DNA of 64,000 nucleotides from Bacillales bacterium UBA6449 (lineage in GTDB: Bacteria > Bacillota_I > Bacilli_A > RFN20 > CAG-288), in contig DJOB01000004.1 of assembly GCA_002437105.1 (NCBI GenBank), positions 189,162-253,161 of the forward strand. The letters are read 5' to 3'. The position numbers and the translations under genes are program-made. The notes beneath the pieces are model-generated. The model worked only from the letters and a program-made list of their open reading frames with translations, did not search any database and was not told the origin of the DNA. Positions 53,028 to 63,499 of this stretch are shown in pieces (positions within the stretch are counted from its first letter, which is position 1; every line of letters begins with the position of its first letter).

Positions 53028-53933
53028 TCAGTTCCCCTTGGATCGGGTCGCTTCCAGCTCAGCCTTGATCGCTTCGAGTTCCTGTGCGGTGTAGTAGTAC
53101 TTTGCCCCACAGAAGTTACAGGTCAGCTCGGCTCCCCTATCCTTCGTGATCATATCGTCGATCTCGGCGGGTCCCAGACTCTTGATGACGCTGGCGAACC
53201 TCTCTTTGGAACAGTTGCAGAGGAAGCGGACCTCGCGGGTCGAAGTTATCTCGACATCGAACCCCTGGAGGATGGTGGTGATCAGTCCCTCGGGAGTCTC
53301 ACCGCTCTTGAGGAGGTCAGTGACCGATTTGACGTGCGCGAGATTCTGCTCTAGTCTGGCGACGGTCTTCTCCTGTGCTCCGGGCATCAGCTGGATCAGG
53401 AACCCCCCTGCGGCTCTGATCGTGTAGTCCGTATCGACGAGGACACCGAGACCGCAGGCGGTGGGAATCTGCTCCGACTCGGCAAAGTAGTAGGTGACAT
53501 CCTCGGCGATCTCACCGCTGACTAGATCCACCGTCCCGACGTACGGCTCTCTCATGCCGAGATCGCGGATCACGGTCAGCGTTCCCTTCCCCACGGCTCT
53601 CCCTACATCCAGGTGACCATTGGGCTTCAGCGGGAGTTTCAAATCGGGAACGGCAGCGTAGCCCTTCACGTCTCCCTTCGAGTCGGCGGTAGCTACGATC
53701 TGTTTGAGAGGGCCGTCGCCCTTGATTATCAGGGTGACAAGGTCCCTGTCCCCCTTGAGCATATCGCCCATCATCAAAGCGGCCGAGAGAGTACGTCCCA
53801 GCGCGGCGATCGAGACCGGGGAATAGTCGTGTATCTTTTTTGCCTGCTCGACGAGAAGTCGGGAAGTCAGGGCAAAAGCTCTAATCTGTCCGCCCTCAGC
53901 GATCGCGCGGGCGATATAGTCTCTATCATGCAT
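53028..53933 (-). CDS. hslO: Redox-regulated chaperone Hsp33
   Basis: C-terminal zinc centre CNCSKERF...CNFCGAKY. Start MHDRDYIARAIA. Confidence 0.9.
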   Translation of the reverse strand: MHDRDYIARAIAEGGQIRAFALTSRLLVEQAKKIHDYSPVSIAALGRTLSAALMMGDMLKGDRDLVTLIIKGDGPLKQIVATADSKGDVKGYAAVPDLKLPLKPNGHLDVGRAVGKGTLTVIRDLGMREPYVGTVDLVSGEIAEDVTYYFAESEQIPTACGLGVLVDTDYTIRAAGGFLIQLMPGAQEKTVARLEQNLAHVKSVTDLLKSGETPEGLITTILQGFDVEITSTREVRFLCNCSKERFASVIKSLGPAEIDDMITKDRGAELTCNFCGAKYYYTAQELEAIKAELEATRSKGN

Positions 53934-54026
53934 AGTTCTAACCTCGGAGGTAATTATATTGCTTGCTACCTGCTCTGCTGAAGGCACGATAAAAGTGAGA
54001 TTTATAGGAATATTCTTCGCTCGATC

Positions 54027-54995
54027 TTAACCTTGAGCTGCGAGCGGTGGCGTGAGGATATCGTCCTCGTGATCGATATCGATCAGTTCGTAGCTATCGT
54101 GACCCATCCCCAATTCCTTCATGTAGGAGAGTTGGCGTAGACCGTGGTGGCGGTCGAGGTTCTCTATCAGACTGGATCGCTCGTTTGGCGATCGGTTCCA
54201 GATCAGATCTATACACGCCTGGTCGATAGCTAGGATATCCAGCGAACCCAAGATTCCGCTATCCGGAGTGGGCGTTGCCGTATTCGGACCTTCACTGGGG
54301 CAGGAGGCGGGATGGTTTTTCATCACATTGATGTAGCCGATGTGGCCCCGGAAGAAATCTGCGGCCGCTTTGGCCGATTCGGTGATCTTCTCGATGAGCT
54401 CAGGCCCGGTGGTTTCTGAACTTTCGTCCGCATCGGGAGCTGTGTGGATCAGCGCGTGACCGATCTTCCTGTCGGCGCAGTCCAGCCCGACGCTCTGGTT
54501 CGCTCCCCTGAATCCACCCGTAGATGGATATTTAAAGTTGGTAAGTACCAGCATCGAATTGTAGTTCAGCAGCGACTTCCCGACACTCATCTCGGAAAAC
54601 CACTTTCCGCCTTTCAAGGGCAGAGCCGCAGCTCCCTCACTATCCATGATTTCGACCGGTGAGAAGGTCCACCCTTGGATCCGCCGCGCCTCGCGCCCCT
54701 TTCTATCCGAATACCCTTCGCCTTCGCAGTAGGGGTCGGTCGTCACGATCGTCGCCTGGGGCAGGTCCGCCGTCATCAGGTATTTGACCCAGCTCGGAGG
54801 AATGGGAGGAGGGCTATGAGGCTCACCCGTCTGTACCTTGATAGCGATCTTACCGTTGAGTACGTATCTGATCCGTTTCAGGATCTTTTCGAGGCCCTTC
54901 TCCGAGAGATCGCGGGTAAAGAAGACAGGTGGCCTGCGACCGTTCCTCTCCTCTAGAGGAATATAGGTTTTACCCATATCTGAGATCTTGTCCAT
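54027..54995 (-). CDS. DUF362-like protein
   Basis: Pattern VFFTRDL...KIAIKVQTGE...VLTNFKYPSTGGFRGANQSVGL...GSLDILAIDQACIDLI...YMKELGMGHDSYELIDI resembles DUF362. ATG at 54995 follows AGGAG. Confidence 0.45.
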   Translation of the reverse strand: MDKISDMGKTYIPLEERNGRRPPVFFTRDLSEKGLEKILKRIRYVLNGKIAIKVQTGEPHSPPPIPPSWVKYLMTADLPQATIVTTDPYCEGEGYSDRKGREARRIQGWTFSPVEIMDSEGAAALPLKGGKWFSEMSVGKSLLNYNSMLVLTNFKYPSTGGFRGANQSVGLDCADRKIGHALIHTAPDADESSETTGPELIEKITESAKAAADFFRGHIGYINVMKNHPASCPSEGPNTATPTPDSGILGSLDILAIDQACIDLIWNRSPNERSSLIENLDRHHGLRQLSYMKELGMGHDSYELIDIDHEDDILTPPLAAQG

Positions 54996-55140
54996 ATTTC
55001 GAACTCCTAAGCGCTTTAATAAGATTCTACAAGTTTTGGTAGCGTTTTCAATATGGTATAGAGGCATTTTTGCTAGATGATTGCGCTTATCGCAATTAAC
55101 AGTTTTAACCTATAATCCCTAGTGGCTTTTGGAGTGTGCT

Positions 55141-56559
55141 ATGGCTATTAGAGATCTGCCTATCATTCGTGTCTTCGCGCGCAATGTGCGGACTGTCAAG
55201 CTCGCCGTCCCGGTCTTTCTCGAATTGATCCTCGGAGTGGCGATGGGCTATGTGAACGAGTTTATGCTGGCTGGCATCCCGCAGGCATCCAACGCAGTCG
55301 GGCAGGCGAACCAGATAGCCAACATCTTCGTCGTCTCCTTCTCGGTCCTCTCCTCCTCCTCGCTCATCCTCATCACCCAGCTGGAAGGTAAGGGCAACTT
55401 CGCAGCGGTCAAGAGCATCTATCCCCTGGCTTTCTATTTCAACTTGCTCTGCGGCATTATCGTCGCCGCGCTGGTGACTGGTATCGCTCCGCTGGGCGTC
55501 TTCAAGCTGATGCAGGTCGATTCCGGCGTCCTTCCTTTTGCGATCCGCTACCAGCTGGTCTCGGGGCTGTCGCTCATCTTTGTCGCGCTCAACAATGTCC
55601 TGTCTTCTTTCCTGCGAGCAAATAAGCGGATGGTGCAGCCCACCATCATCGCGTTCGCGACCAACCTGGTGGCGGCGCTCTTCAATGCCATCGCGATCTG
55701 GGCCATTCCGGGCCTCGATGAGATGGGGAAGCTGACCGGGGTTGCCATCGCGACCGATCTCTCGCGGCTGGTGGGTTTTCTGGTTTCGCTGATCTTTTTC
55801 TTCCGGGTGGTGGGGGAATCGCTCAGCATCAGGAAGCTCTTCCCGATCCGGACCGATATCCTGAAGAGGTTGCTCACCATCGGTCTCCCGACCTCGGGGG
55901 AGACGCTCTCCTACAATTTCTCGCAGCTCGTCTTGACCATCATCGTCAACGCCTCCGTCAGCGTGCTGATGCAGAACTTGAGGAACTACATCATGACTTT
56001 CACCTCGATAATCTACTTGTTCGCCAACGGCACCGGTATTGCGATGCAGGTTATCGAAGGGACGATGATTGGCGAGGGAGACAAGGATAAGGCCTATCGA
56101 TTGGTCAAGGATACGGGAACGATGGCTCGCACCGTCTCCCTGGTGATGTCGCTGCTGATCACGCTCATCTCGTATTGGGTCTTCTCCGCTCTGATGGCCC
56201 CGGCGGTGAAGGATGCCCAGATCAATGTGGAGGGGATGACGTTGCAGCATGTGGGGCTCGTGTCGGTGTTCTGCATGTTGATCGATGTGGTCCTCGATCA
56301 GGGGCGCGCTACCAATTTGGTCTATGTCAAGGGTATCGAGACCGCGGGCGATATCACCTTCCCAGTCATCTCTTCGATTCTGACCTCCTGGCTCTTCACT
56401 GTCGGTGCTTCGGCCCTCTTCAGCCTCGTCTTCAAGTGGGGGATCTATGGAGCGTTCCTCGGCGCCTGTCTGGATGAGTGCGTCCGCGGTGTCGCGTTCA
56501 CGATCCGCTGGAATAGAGGAGACTGGCGAAAGAAGGCTCTCACCCGAGGAATCAAGTAG
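55141..56559 (+). CDS. MATE-family efflux transporter
   Basis: About 12 helices. N-terminus AVPVFLELILGVAMGYVNEFMLAG and mid-protein LLTIGLPTSGE repeat the MATE two-lobe pattern. GGAG lies 6 nt upstream of the ATG. Confidence 0.75.
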   Translation: MAIRDLPIIRVFARNVRTVKLAVPVFLELILGVAMGYVNEFMLAGIPQASNAVGQANQIANIFVVSFSVLSSSSLILITQLEGKGNFAAVKSIYPLAFYFNLLCGIIVAALVTGIAPLGVFKLMQVDSGVLPFAIRYQLVSGLSLIFVALNNVLSSFLRANKRMVQPTIIAFATNLVAALFNAIAIWAIPGLDEMGKLTGVAIATDLSRLVGFLVSLIFFFRVVGESLSIRKLFPIRTDILKRLLTIGLPTSGETLSYNFSQLVLTIIVNASVSVLMQNLRNYIMTFTSIIYLFANGTGIAMQVIEGTMIGEGDKDKAYRLVKDTGTMARTVSLVMSLLITLISYWVFSALMAPAVKDAQINVEGMTLQHVGLVSVFCMLIDVVLDQGRATNLVYVKGIETAGDITFPVISSILTSWLFTVGASALFSLVFKWGIYGAFLGACLDECVRGVAFTIRWNRGDWRKKALTRGIK

Positions 56560-56598
56560 TTCTCATTTATAATAGTCGAACAGGGAAGGAGAATGAGC

Positions 56599-57306
56599 AT
56601 GACCATTCTGGATATCGTGATTCTGGCGCTGATGGTCCTAGCGGCTATCTTCGGTCTGATCCGTGGGGGAAAGCGGAGATTCGTCAAGTGGATCGCTACG
56701 ATCGCCGGCTTGGTCGTCGCGATATACTTCTATCAGATGCTGGGTAATCTGATCGTGACTAAAGCGCCTTTTGCCGATAGTTTGGCCCAGACTTTTGCCG
56801 ATAAGCTTCCTAGCGATCTGGCGTCTATAAACTTTGCCGATATCAGTGAAGATGCTATTAAGAGCGGCTTTAGCGAGGTAGGCATCCCCAAGTTCTTCAT
56901 CTCTTATTTCTATACGAAGATATTCATCAGGGACGGCACCTTAGCTCTCGCTATCGGCTCCTCATTCGCTGGGGCGATCATCTATGCCTGCTGTTTCGTC
57001 CTGCTCTTCTTCGCGGTCTTTACTGTGTTGACCCTGATCGTCCATGCTCTCATCCGAGATAATCCCGATGGTCATAAGACCTTCCTGGATAGATTCGCAG
57101 GCATGGTCTTCTCCGAGGCGAAGATGATCTGCTTCATCTTCGTCGTGATGCTGATCCTCGTCGGAATCAGCTACGCGGTACCCTCGTTGGATACCTGGCT
57201 CAAGGAACAGGTGCAGTTCGGCTCTGACAAGGTCGGACTCTCTGGTTGGTTCTACAATACGACCTGGCAGATCATCAATGCTTTCAAAGATTTGATAGCT
57301 AAGTAA
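56599..57306 (+). CDS. cvpA: CvpA-family membrane protein
   Basis: MTILDIVILALMVLAAIFGLIRGGKRRFVKWIATIAGLVVAIYF matches the CvpA N-terminal signature. SD AAGGAGA upstream. Confidence 0.7.
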   Translation: MTILDIVILALMVLAAIFGLIRGGKRRFVKWIATIAGLVVAIYFYQMLGNLIVTKAPFADSLAQTFADKLPSDLASINFADISEDAIKSGFSEVGIPKFFISYFYTKIFIRDGTLALAIGSSFAGAIIYACCFVLLFFAVFTVLTLIVHALIRDNPDGHKTFLDRFAGMVFSEAKMICFIFVVMLILVGISYAVPSLDTWLKEQVQFGSDKVGLSGWFYNTTWQIINAFKDLIAK

Positions 57307-57318
57307 TAAGAGATCTTC

Positions 57319-57362
57319 AAGACTCAGCTCAATACGCGATTGTGAGCTGAGTCTTTTGTTTT
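57319..57362 (+). terminator. Intrinsic terminator after cvpA
   Basis: AAGACTCAGCTCA-atacgcgattg-TGAGCTGAGTCTT followed by TTGTTTT. Confidence 0.8.
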
Positions 57363-57528
57363 GGCGGGTTACTGGATACATAAAGCTGCTTATTATTCAA
57401 ACTTAGTATTTGATTTTTTAAATCAGGAAAAATATGCCGTCTACAACATGCTTTTGAATCGAAGAAGAGGAGGACGCAGAATCCTCCTCTTTCTTATCTA
57501 TCCTTAGGCTTTTAGGTAAGCTTAATTA

Positions 57529-58833
57529 TTAAAGTTTCCTCAAGTATAGAGGCTCGATCAAGTCCTGGGGGCGGTTGTGGTCGACCTCCACTTCGGTACC
57601 GGTGATCAGATCGCGATATCGGCCATCGGGGATGACCTCGTAGGGGAAGAGCTGCGGCCGATCGGAGAGGTTGAAGAGACCGATCTCGGTATGGTCGGGG
57701 TAGAAGTTCTGCGCCCCGATGAGGTGACCATGGGTCGGCAGGAAACAGTTCTCGAGGATTCGGGTGTTATCGGCTCTCTTCTTGAGGGCGATCATTCTCT
57801 CGATGAAGGGATGAATCCGGTCACGGTCGGGGGCGGACCAATCTACCTTGTCCATATCGAAGAGGCTGGGACGGTGCGTCGCTCCATACTCTTCACCCGC
57901 ATAGATGAAGGCTGGACCTTTAGTGAAGAAGGAGAAGGCCACGAGGTTGCGGTGCTGGGCAGCATTTCTACTGAGTGCCGCTAGTCTCTCCTGGTCGTGA
58001 TTTTCTAGGGTGCGGACGATGGAGGTGCCCTGCTGGGGAAGCGAGGCCTGCTCTACCACGAGGGCGGCGCGATAGCCGGCGATATCCTCGAGGCTGTGCG
58101 TCTGCATATACGCGCGGAACCAGGGGAAGGAAGCGTAGTTGTAGATCAGGTCGAAGCCAGCGCGGGCGAGATCCGCATTTGAATCGGCATTGTAACCATG
58201 TCCTCTGGTGTCGAGGGCGAAAGGAGAATCGATAGCCTCCGCTAAGAGATAGAGGTCGCGGTCCGGATACTTCGCCTGCGCCTGCTTCGTGAAGCGAGCG
58301 AAGAACGAAGCGGGAATCAGAGTGGCGACATCGAAGCGGAAACCGTCGATCCCCAGGTCCAGGAAGGTGTCGAGGACATCGATCAAGTATTCTTCCAGAC
58401 CGTTCTGCGTGTGGTCTAGATCGAAGACATCGGACCAATCGCCCGCTTTGTTGCCCATCTCGCCCTGGGCGTTGTGCCACATGTATTCAGGATGGGACTG
58501 GACGAGGACCGAATCGCGGGAGGTGTGGTTGAAGACCTGATCGACGATCACCTTTAAACCCCGGGTGTGCGCGGCTTGGACCAGGTGCTTCAGATCGTTC
58601 CAGGTTCCGTATTCGGGATTAATCTTGCGATAGTCCTGGATCGCATAGGGCGAGCCCAGGCTTCCCTTCCTTCCGACTCGGCCGATCGGCTGGACTGGCA
58701 TGAGATACAGGATGTCGACTCCCAGAGCGGCGATGCGGTCGAGGTCCTCCTCCAACCCTTTAAAGTTTCCGGCGGCGGTGTGGTTTCGAGGAAAAACCTG
58801 ATAGATAACTCGGTTATCCCTACTCTTTCTCAT
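57529..58833 (-). CDS. GH13 alpha-amylase-family glycoside hydrolase (no signal peptide)
   Basis: VIYQVFPRN, DQVFNHTS, GFRFDVA, LLAEAID and LENHDQERL conserved regions. Confidence 0.85.
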   Translation of the reverse strand: MRKSRDNRVIYQVFPRNHTAAGNFKGLEEDLDRIAALGVDILYLMPVQPIGRVGRKGSLGSPYAIQDYRKINPEYGTWNDLKHLVQAAHTRGLKVIVDQVFNHTSRDSVLVQSHPEYMWHNAQGEMGNKAGDWSDVFDLDHTQNGLEEYLIDVLDTFLDLGIDGFRFDVATLIPASFFARFTKQAQAKYPDRDLYLLAEAIDSPFALDTRGHGYNADSNADLARAGFDLIYNYASFPWFRAYMQTHSLEDIAGYRAALVVEQASLPQQGTSIVRTLENHDQERLAALSRNAAQHRNLVAFSFFTKGPAFIYAGEEYGATHRPSLFDMDKVDWSAPDRDRIHPFIERMIALKKRADNTRILENCFLPTHGHLIGAQNFYPDHTEIGLFNLSDRPQLFPYEVIPDGRYRDLITGTEVEVDHNRPQDLIEPLYLRKL

Positions 58834-58898
58834 TGGCTCTCTCCTTTCCTAGCGCTAGAGATTTTAAATTCTTTGGGTTAAAACTATCAAGCGGACAA

Positions 58899-58929
58899 CA
58901 AAAAAGAGGGACGCGAGGTCCCTCTTTTG
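58899..58929 (-). terminator. Intrinsic terminator of thrS
   Basis: Minus strand reads AGAGGGAC-ctcgc-GTCCCTCT followed by TTTTTTG. Confidence 0.75.
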
Positions 58930-58935
58930 ACGATT

Positions 58936-60876
58936 CTACTTGGCTTGAGCCGCCAGCACGGGAGAGAGGAACTTGTGGTCGACATCGTGGTGGAGCAGGT
59001 TGATGAAGTCATCCAGCTTGACGGTAACCGGGGTGGGAAGTCCGAAGGTTCGATAGGTCACATCACCGCTCTCGACCTCGTGGTTTCCGATGACCAGAGT
59101 GTAGGGGATCTTGTTAACCTGAGCCTGTCTGATACGATAGGAGATCTTCTCATCCTGATACAGCTCAGAGACCCGGAAGCCCAGGTCGATCAGCTGATCG
59201 CGCAGCTTCTCGCAGACCTGGCGCTGCTTCGCATCATCGGGCATGACGGGAGCCAGAGCGACCTGAACGGGAGCACACCAGGTCGGGAAGGCGCCCTTGA
59301 AGTGCTCGGTGAGGACGCCGATGAAGCGCTCGAAGGTACCGAAGACGGCCCGGTGAATCATGACCGGAGTCTTCTTGGTGCCGTCCTTATCGACGTAGTA
59401 GCAGTTGAAGCGGCCAGGCAGCTGCATATCCAGCTGGATGGTACCGCACTGCCACTCGCGCTGCATGGAATCGAGAACCTTGAAGTCGAGCTTGGGGCCG
59501 TAGAAGGCACCATCGCCAGGATTGACATCGAAGGGCAGGTGGTTGTCGATCATGACCTTCTTCAGCTGATCCTCCGCTGACTTCCAGTCCTTCTCGTCAC
59601 CGATGTGATCGGCCGGCATCGTGGAAAGCTCGACCTTGAAGGTCATTCCGAAGGTGGAGTAGACCTCCTTGTAGATGGAGAGCAGATCGTCGACCTCGCT
59701 CTCGACCTGATCTAGGGCCAGCAGGATATGCGCATCATCCTGGGTGAACTCGCGGACTCTCAGCAGTCCGTTCAGCGCGCCCGAAGCCTCGTTGCGGTGA
59801 TCATTACCATACTCGCCGATCCGCACGGGCAGATCGCGGTAGGAGTGGATGGTCTGATTGTAGATCAGCATGGCGCCGGGGCAGTTCATGGGTTTGACCG
59901 CGAACCACTCACCCTCGATCTGGGTCGTGAACATATTCTCCTTGTAATGATCCCAGTGACCGGAGATCTCCCAGAGCTTCCGGGAAAGGATCTGAGGAGT
60001 CTGCACCATCAGATAGTGGTGCTTGCGAAGGATCTTGAGCAGATAGTCCTCGAGGGCTCTCTTCAGCGCCCAGCCATTATTGAGCCAGAAGGGCATACCG
60101 GGTCCGAACTCGGAGAGCATGAAGAGGTTGAGATCCTTGCCCAGCTTTCGGTGATCGGAAGCTTTCCTCTCCTCGAGCAGCTTCAGGTGCGCATCCAGCT
60201 CTTCCTTGGTGAAGTAGCAGCAGCCGTAGATTCGAGTCAGCTGATCGTTCTTGGAGTCGCCCTTCCAGTAAGCACCGGCGATGGAGAGGAGCTTAAAATG
60301 CTTGCAGTAGCCAGTATTGGGCATGTGGGGTCCACGGCAGAGATCGGTGAACTCGCCCTGGCTGTAGATGGAGACGCAGTGGTCGCGATCCTCGACCTCA
60401 TCGGTGTGAATGACCTTGTAGGGCTGATCCTTGAAGATGACCTTCGCCTCTTCGGGGCTGATCTCCTTCCTGACGATGGGAAGGGATTGAGCCGCGATCT
60501 TCGCCATCTCCTTCTCGATGGCGGGAAAATCCTTATCGGAGATGGGAGTAGGAGTCTTCACATCGTAGTAGAAGCCCTCGGGCAGAGCGGGACCATAGGC
60601 CAGCTTGGTGCCGGGGAAGAGACGGCAGATCGCCTGAGCCATCAGGTGAGTGCAGGAGTGATTGAGCACTTCGAACGCTTCAGGATCCTCCTTGGTGATG
60701 ATCTTGAATTCGTGCGTGCCGGTGGGAAGGGGCTTGGACTTATCGTAGAGCTTACCATCGACCTTGGCACAGATGGCCTTCTTGGGCAGCGATACCGAGA
60801 TCTTCTCAGCGACCTGCAGAGGGGTTAAACCATCCTCGAACTGCTTTTTCGTACCGTCCTGCAACACTAGTTCCAT
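58936..60876 (-). CDS. thrS: Threonine-tRNA ligase
   Basis: 646 aa with a TGS domain, editing-domain HSCTHLMAQA, class II core FRHEASGAL-type (NEASGALNGLLRVREFTQDDAHI) and an anticodon-binding C-terminus. Confidence 0.95.
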   Translation of the reverse strand: MELVLQDGTKKQFEDGLTPLQVAEKISVSLPKKAICAKVDGKLYDKSKPLPTGTHEFKIITKEDPEAFEVLNHSCTHLMAQAICRLFPGTKLAYGPALPEGFYYDVKTPTPISDKDFPAIEKEMAKIAAQSLPIVRKEISPEEAKVIFKDQPYKVIHTDEVEDRDHCVSIYSQGEFTDLCRGPHMPNTGYCKHFKLLSIAGAYWKGDSKNDQLTRIYGCCYFTKEELDAHLKLLEERKASDHRKLGKDLNLFMLSEFGPGMPFWLNNGWALKRALEDYLLKILRKHHYLMVQTPQILSRKLWEISGHWDHYKENMFTTQIEGEWFAVKPMNCPGAMLIYNQTIHSYRDLPVRIGEYGNDHRNEASGALNGLLRVREFTQDDAHILLALDQVESEVDDLLSIYKEVYSTFGMTFKVELSTMPADHIGDEKDWKSAEDQLKKVMIDNHLPFDVNPGDGAFYGPKLDFKVLDSMQREWQCGTIQLDMQLPGRFNCYYVDKDGTKKTPVMIHRAVFGTFERFIGVLTEHFKGAFPTWCAPVQVALAPVMPDDAKQRQVCEKLRDQLIDLGFRVSELYQDEKISYRIRQAQVNKIPYTLVIGNHEVESGDVTYRTFGLPTPVTVKLDDFINLLHHDVDHKFLSPVLAAQAK

Positions 60877-60979
60877 AAGATATGTATCTCCTTCTAATGC
60901 AGGAATATTCTATATTCCTCAGTGCTACATGGTTAGATATTTTTTAACAATGGTAATGTGTAAGCGGTTAAAGGATACA

Positions 60980-61010
60980 AGAAAAGGGGCGACTATATCA
61001 GTCGCCCCTG
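60980..61010 (-). terminator. Intrinsic terminator after the glucokinase gene
   Basis: Minus strand reads AGGGGCGACT-gatat-AGTCGCCCCT followed by TTTC. Confidence 0.7.
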
Positions 61011-61016
61011 GCTTTG

Positions 61017-61922
61017 CTACTTCTCGAGGGAGAAGCCTAAGCTGGCCGCTCCCATCAGTCCGGCATCCTGACCGAATTTAGCATTGACGAACCTGATCGG
61101 TTTGAGGGGATAGGGATGGACGAATCCGTTCGCCACCTTTTCCAGGTCGGTGAGGAAGACATCCTGGGATTTCATCACGCCACCGGAGAGAACGTAGACA
61201 TCGACGTTGAACAGGCGCTGGAGGTTTCCGAAGTAGAGACCGAGCTGTTTGAGCCACAGGTTGTAGACCTTCAGGAACGCGGGCTTGCCCGCCCGGATGT
61301 TAGCGAAGAACTCCGCTCCCGAGACATGATCGCCCAAACCCTCCAGCTTGCAGAGACGGACGATGCCATTGCCGGAGAGATACTCCTCGGCTTCGACGAA
61401 ACGGTTCTCGGCATCCAGATCCATGATCAACCGGCCGCCTTCGAAGGCGATGTTGATCAGCTTGTGATCGTAGACGAAACCGGTGCCGATGCCCGAGGAG
61501 ATGGTGACGAAGATCGAATCGGGCACATCGGTCGACGCGCCCATGGTGGACTCGGACAGAGCGGCGCAGTTCGCGTCATTCGCCACGCGGCACTTTACCC
61601 CGGACAGGTGTTTTTCGACGAGATCAGCCAGCTGCATGTTCTTGATCCCGAGGTTAGGAAGGAGTACGGCAGTCCTGTCGTGCTCGATGATTCCACAGGC
61701 GGAGATACCGGCAGTGGCGAATCTGAAGTCGGGATGTTGGGAGATCACTTGGTCGATGAGGCTTAGCATAGCAGCGGTCAAAGCCTTCTCATCCTTGGGA
61801 GTCGGAACTTTGATCTGATCGATGATGCGAGCGGTACGGCCGTCGAGCTCGACGAGTCCCACTCTGAGGTTGGTGGCTCCCAAGTCGATGGCCAGCGTCC
61901 TTTTGACGGCAGAAACTGACAT
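61017..61922 (-). CDS. glk: ROK-family glucokinase
   Basis: LAIDLGATNLRVG ATPase motif and ANDANCAAL. The ATG at 61922 lies 6 nt after AAAGGA; an alternative start is at 61937. Confidence 0.8.
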   Translation of the reverse strand: MSVSAVKRTLAIDLGATNLRVGLVELDGRTARIIDQIKVPTPKDEKALTAAMLSLIDQVISQHPDFRFATAGISACGIIEHDRTAVLLPNLGIKNMQLADLVEKHLSGVKCRVANDANCAALSESTMGASTDVPDSIFVTISSGIGTGFVYDHKLINIAFEGGRLIMDLDAENRFVEAEEYLSGNGIVRLCKLEGLGDHVSGAEFFANIRAGKPAFLKVYNLWLKQLGLYFGNLQRLFNVDVYVLSGGVMKSQDVFLTDLEKVANGFVHPYPLKPIRFVNAKFGQDAGLMGAASLGFSLEK

Positions 61923-61997
61923 ATAAAATCCTTTCATTAGAATAAACAGAATCGGCTTGCGCCGATCCTGTTTTCGAAAACTGTTATCGAACTCCGA

Positions 61998-63497
61998 TTA
62001 CAGATCCAGATCGGATTTGAGCTTGGAGTAGTCGACCTTGACTAGCTTCATGAAGTTGGTGTCAGCGGAGCCGACAGGAGAAGCGCCGGTGATGATGATC
62101 ATGGACTGATCGGGCACATCGTAGGTCTTGGCGAGGTGCAGAGCCGCAACCTCGAGCTCCTCGGTCAGCGTGGGCAGCTTCTTGACTAGCTTAGGATAGA
62201 CACCCCACCAAAGGATGGAATCGTAAGCGGCAACCTTGTTGTCGGTGATGAACAGAGTGGGGCAGACAGGACGGCAGTGAGAGAGTCTCTTAGCGGACTC
62301 ACCGTGGCCGGAGAAGCAGAAGATCATCTTCGCATCGGTCAGAGCCGCTGCGTTGACGATCGCGTTAGCCATAGCATCGGAAGTATCCTTGTCGGAGTTG
62401 TCGAATCCCTCACGGGCGAGCTCCTCGTAGTTGAGCTCCTTCTCCATACGGGTGCAGATGTTAGCCTGCATGGAGACAGCCTCGAAGGGATAGTCACCGT
62501 TAGCGGACTCACCGGAGAGCATGACCGCATCAGCACTCTCCATGACGGCGAAGCTGACATCGGTAACCTCAGCGCGGGTGGGGAAGGGCGAATGAGTCAT
62601 AGAATCGAGCATCTGGGTAGCGACGATGACGGGCTTGCCCTCCTTGCGGCACTCGCGGACCAGCTTCATCTGGACGACGGGGACATCCCAAGCGGGGATG
62701 TTGACACCCATATCACCACGGGCGACCATGATTCCATCGGACAGCTTGATGATATCGGAGATATTCTCAAGCGCCTCGGTGTTCTCGATCTTGGAGAGGA
62801 TCTTGATGTCATCTCCTCCGTGCTCGTGGAAGATCTTCCGGATATCCAGGATATCCTGCTTGTTGCGGACGAAGGAAGCGGAGCAGTAGTTGACGTGCTG
62901 CTCGCATCCGAAGACCAGATCCTTGTAATCCTGCTCGGAGACATAGGGCATGGAGAGGTGGGTATCAGGGCAATTGACACCGCGCTCATCCTTGATCACA
63001 TCAGCGTTGCGAGCGGTGCAGACCAGGGTCTTGTTCTTCGCATCCTTGGAGACGACGGTCATCTCGAGCTTACCATCATCCATACGGATGTGCTCACCGA
63101 CCTTGGCATCGTGGTAGAGACCCTCATAGGTGATTCCCATGACGACCGAACCATCAGCCTGTCTTCCACCCAGCTTGTCGTTTCCCTTGGCATCGGAAGT
63201 GCCCATCTCGAGAATGATCTTGTCACCCTCGTGGATGGCCACGCTCTTGCCGACGAAGCGACCGGTACGGATTTCGGGACCCTTAGTATCTAGATCGATA
63301 CCGATGAGCTGTCCTTCCTCCTTCTCGATCTCGTGAGCGGCGACGACCTTAGCGAGCTGCTCCGCGTGATCTCCGTGAGAGAAGTTCAGACGGATAACGT
63401 TCATTCCGGCCTCAAACAGCTTCTTCATCATATCCTTCTTCTCAGAAGAAGGACCGATGGTGGCGAACAGCTTAGTCTTCTTGAGAATCTTCTGCAT
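61998..63497 (-). CDS. pyk: Pyruvate kinase
   Basis: TKLFATIGPSS, MNVIRLNFSHG, GIMVARGDMGV and ATQMLDSM motifs. Confidence 0.95.
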   Translation of the reverse strand: MQKILKKTKLFATIGPSSEKKDMMKKLFEAGMNVIRLNFSHGDHAEQLAKVVAAHEIEKEEGQLIGIDLDTKGPEIRTGRFVGKSVAIHEGDKIILEMGTSDAKGNDKLGGRQADGSVVMGITYEGLYHDAKVGEHIRMDDGKLEMTVVSKDAKNKTLVCTARNADVIKDERGVNCPDTHLSMPYVSEQDYKDLVFGCEQHVNYCSASFVRNKQDILDIRKIFHEHGGDDIKILSKIENTEALENISDIIKLSDGIMVARGDMGVNIPAWDVPVVQMKLVRECRKEGKPVIVATQMLDSMTHSPFPTRAEVTDVSFAVMESADAVMLSGESANGDYPFEAVSMQANICTRMEKELNYEELAREGFDNSDKDTSDAMANAIVNAAALTDAKMIFCFSGHGESAKRLSHCRPVCPTLFITDNKVAAYDSILWWGVYPKLVKKLPTLTEELEVAALHLAKTYDVPDQSMIIITGASPVGSADTNFMKLVKVDYSKLKSDLDL

Positions 63498-63499
63498 AG

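Noticed and set aside
57466-57490. Hairpin AGAGGAGGA-cgcagaa-TCCTCCTCT in the spacer between cvpA and the amylase gene, as a second terminator.
   Set aside because: cvpA already has a strong terminator at 57319-57362. On the minus strand the hairpin lacks a U-run, so its role is unclear. It is not reported as a feature.
60877-61016. T-box leader upstream of thrS, as is common in Firmicutes.
   Set aside because: Only about 140 nt are available. About 30 of them form the upstream gene's terminator. I see no specifier-loop/T-box sequence and no terminator/antiterminator pair.
61941-61972. Hairpin CAGAATCGGC-ttgc-GCCGATCCTG between pyk and glk, as a full terminator.
   Set aside because: It lies only about 19 nt upstream of the glk start, with no room for a separate promoter. 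It may be an attenuator or processing site, but I cannot support that call.
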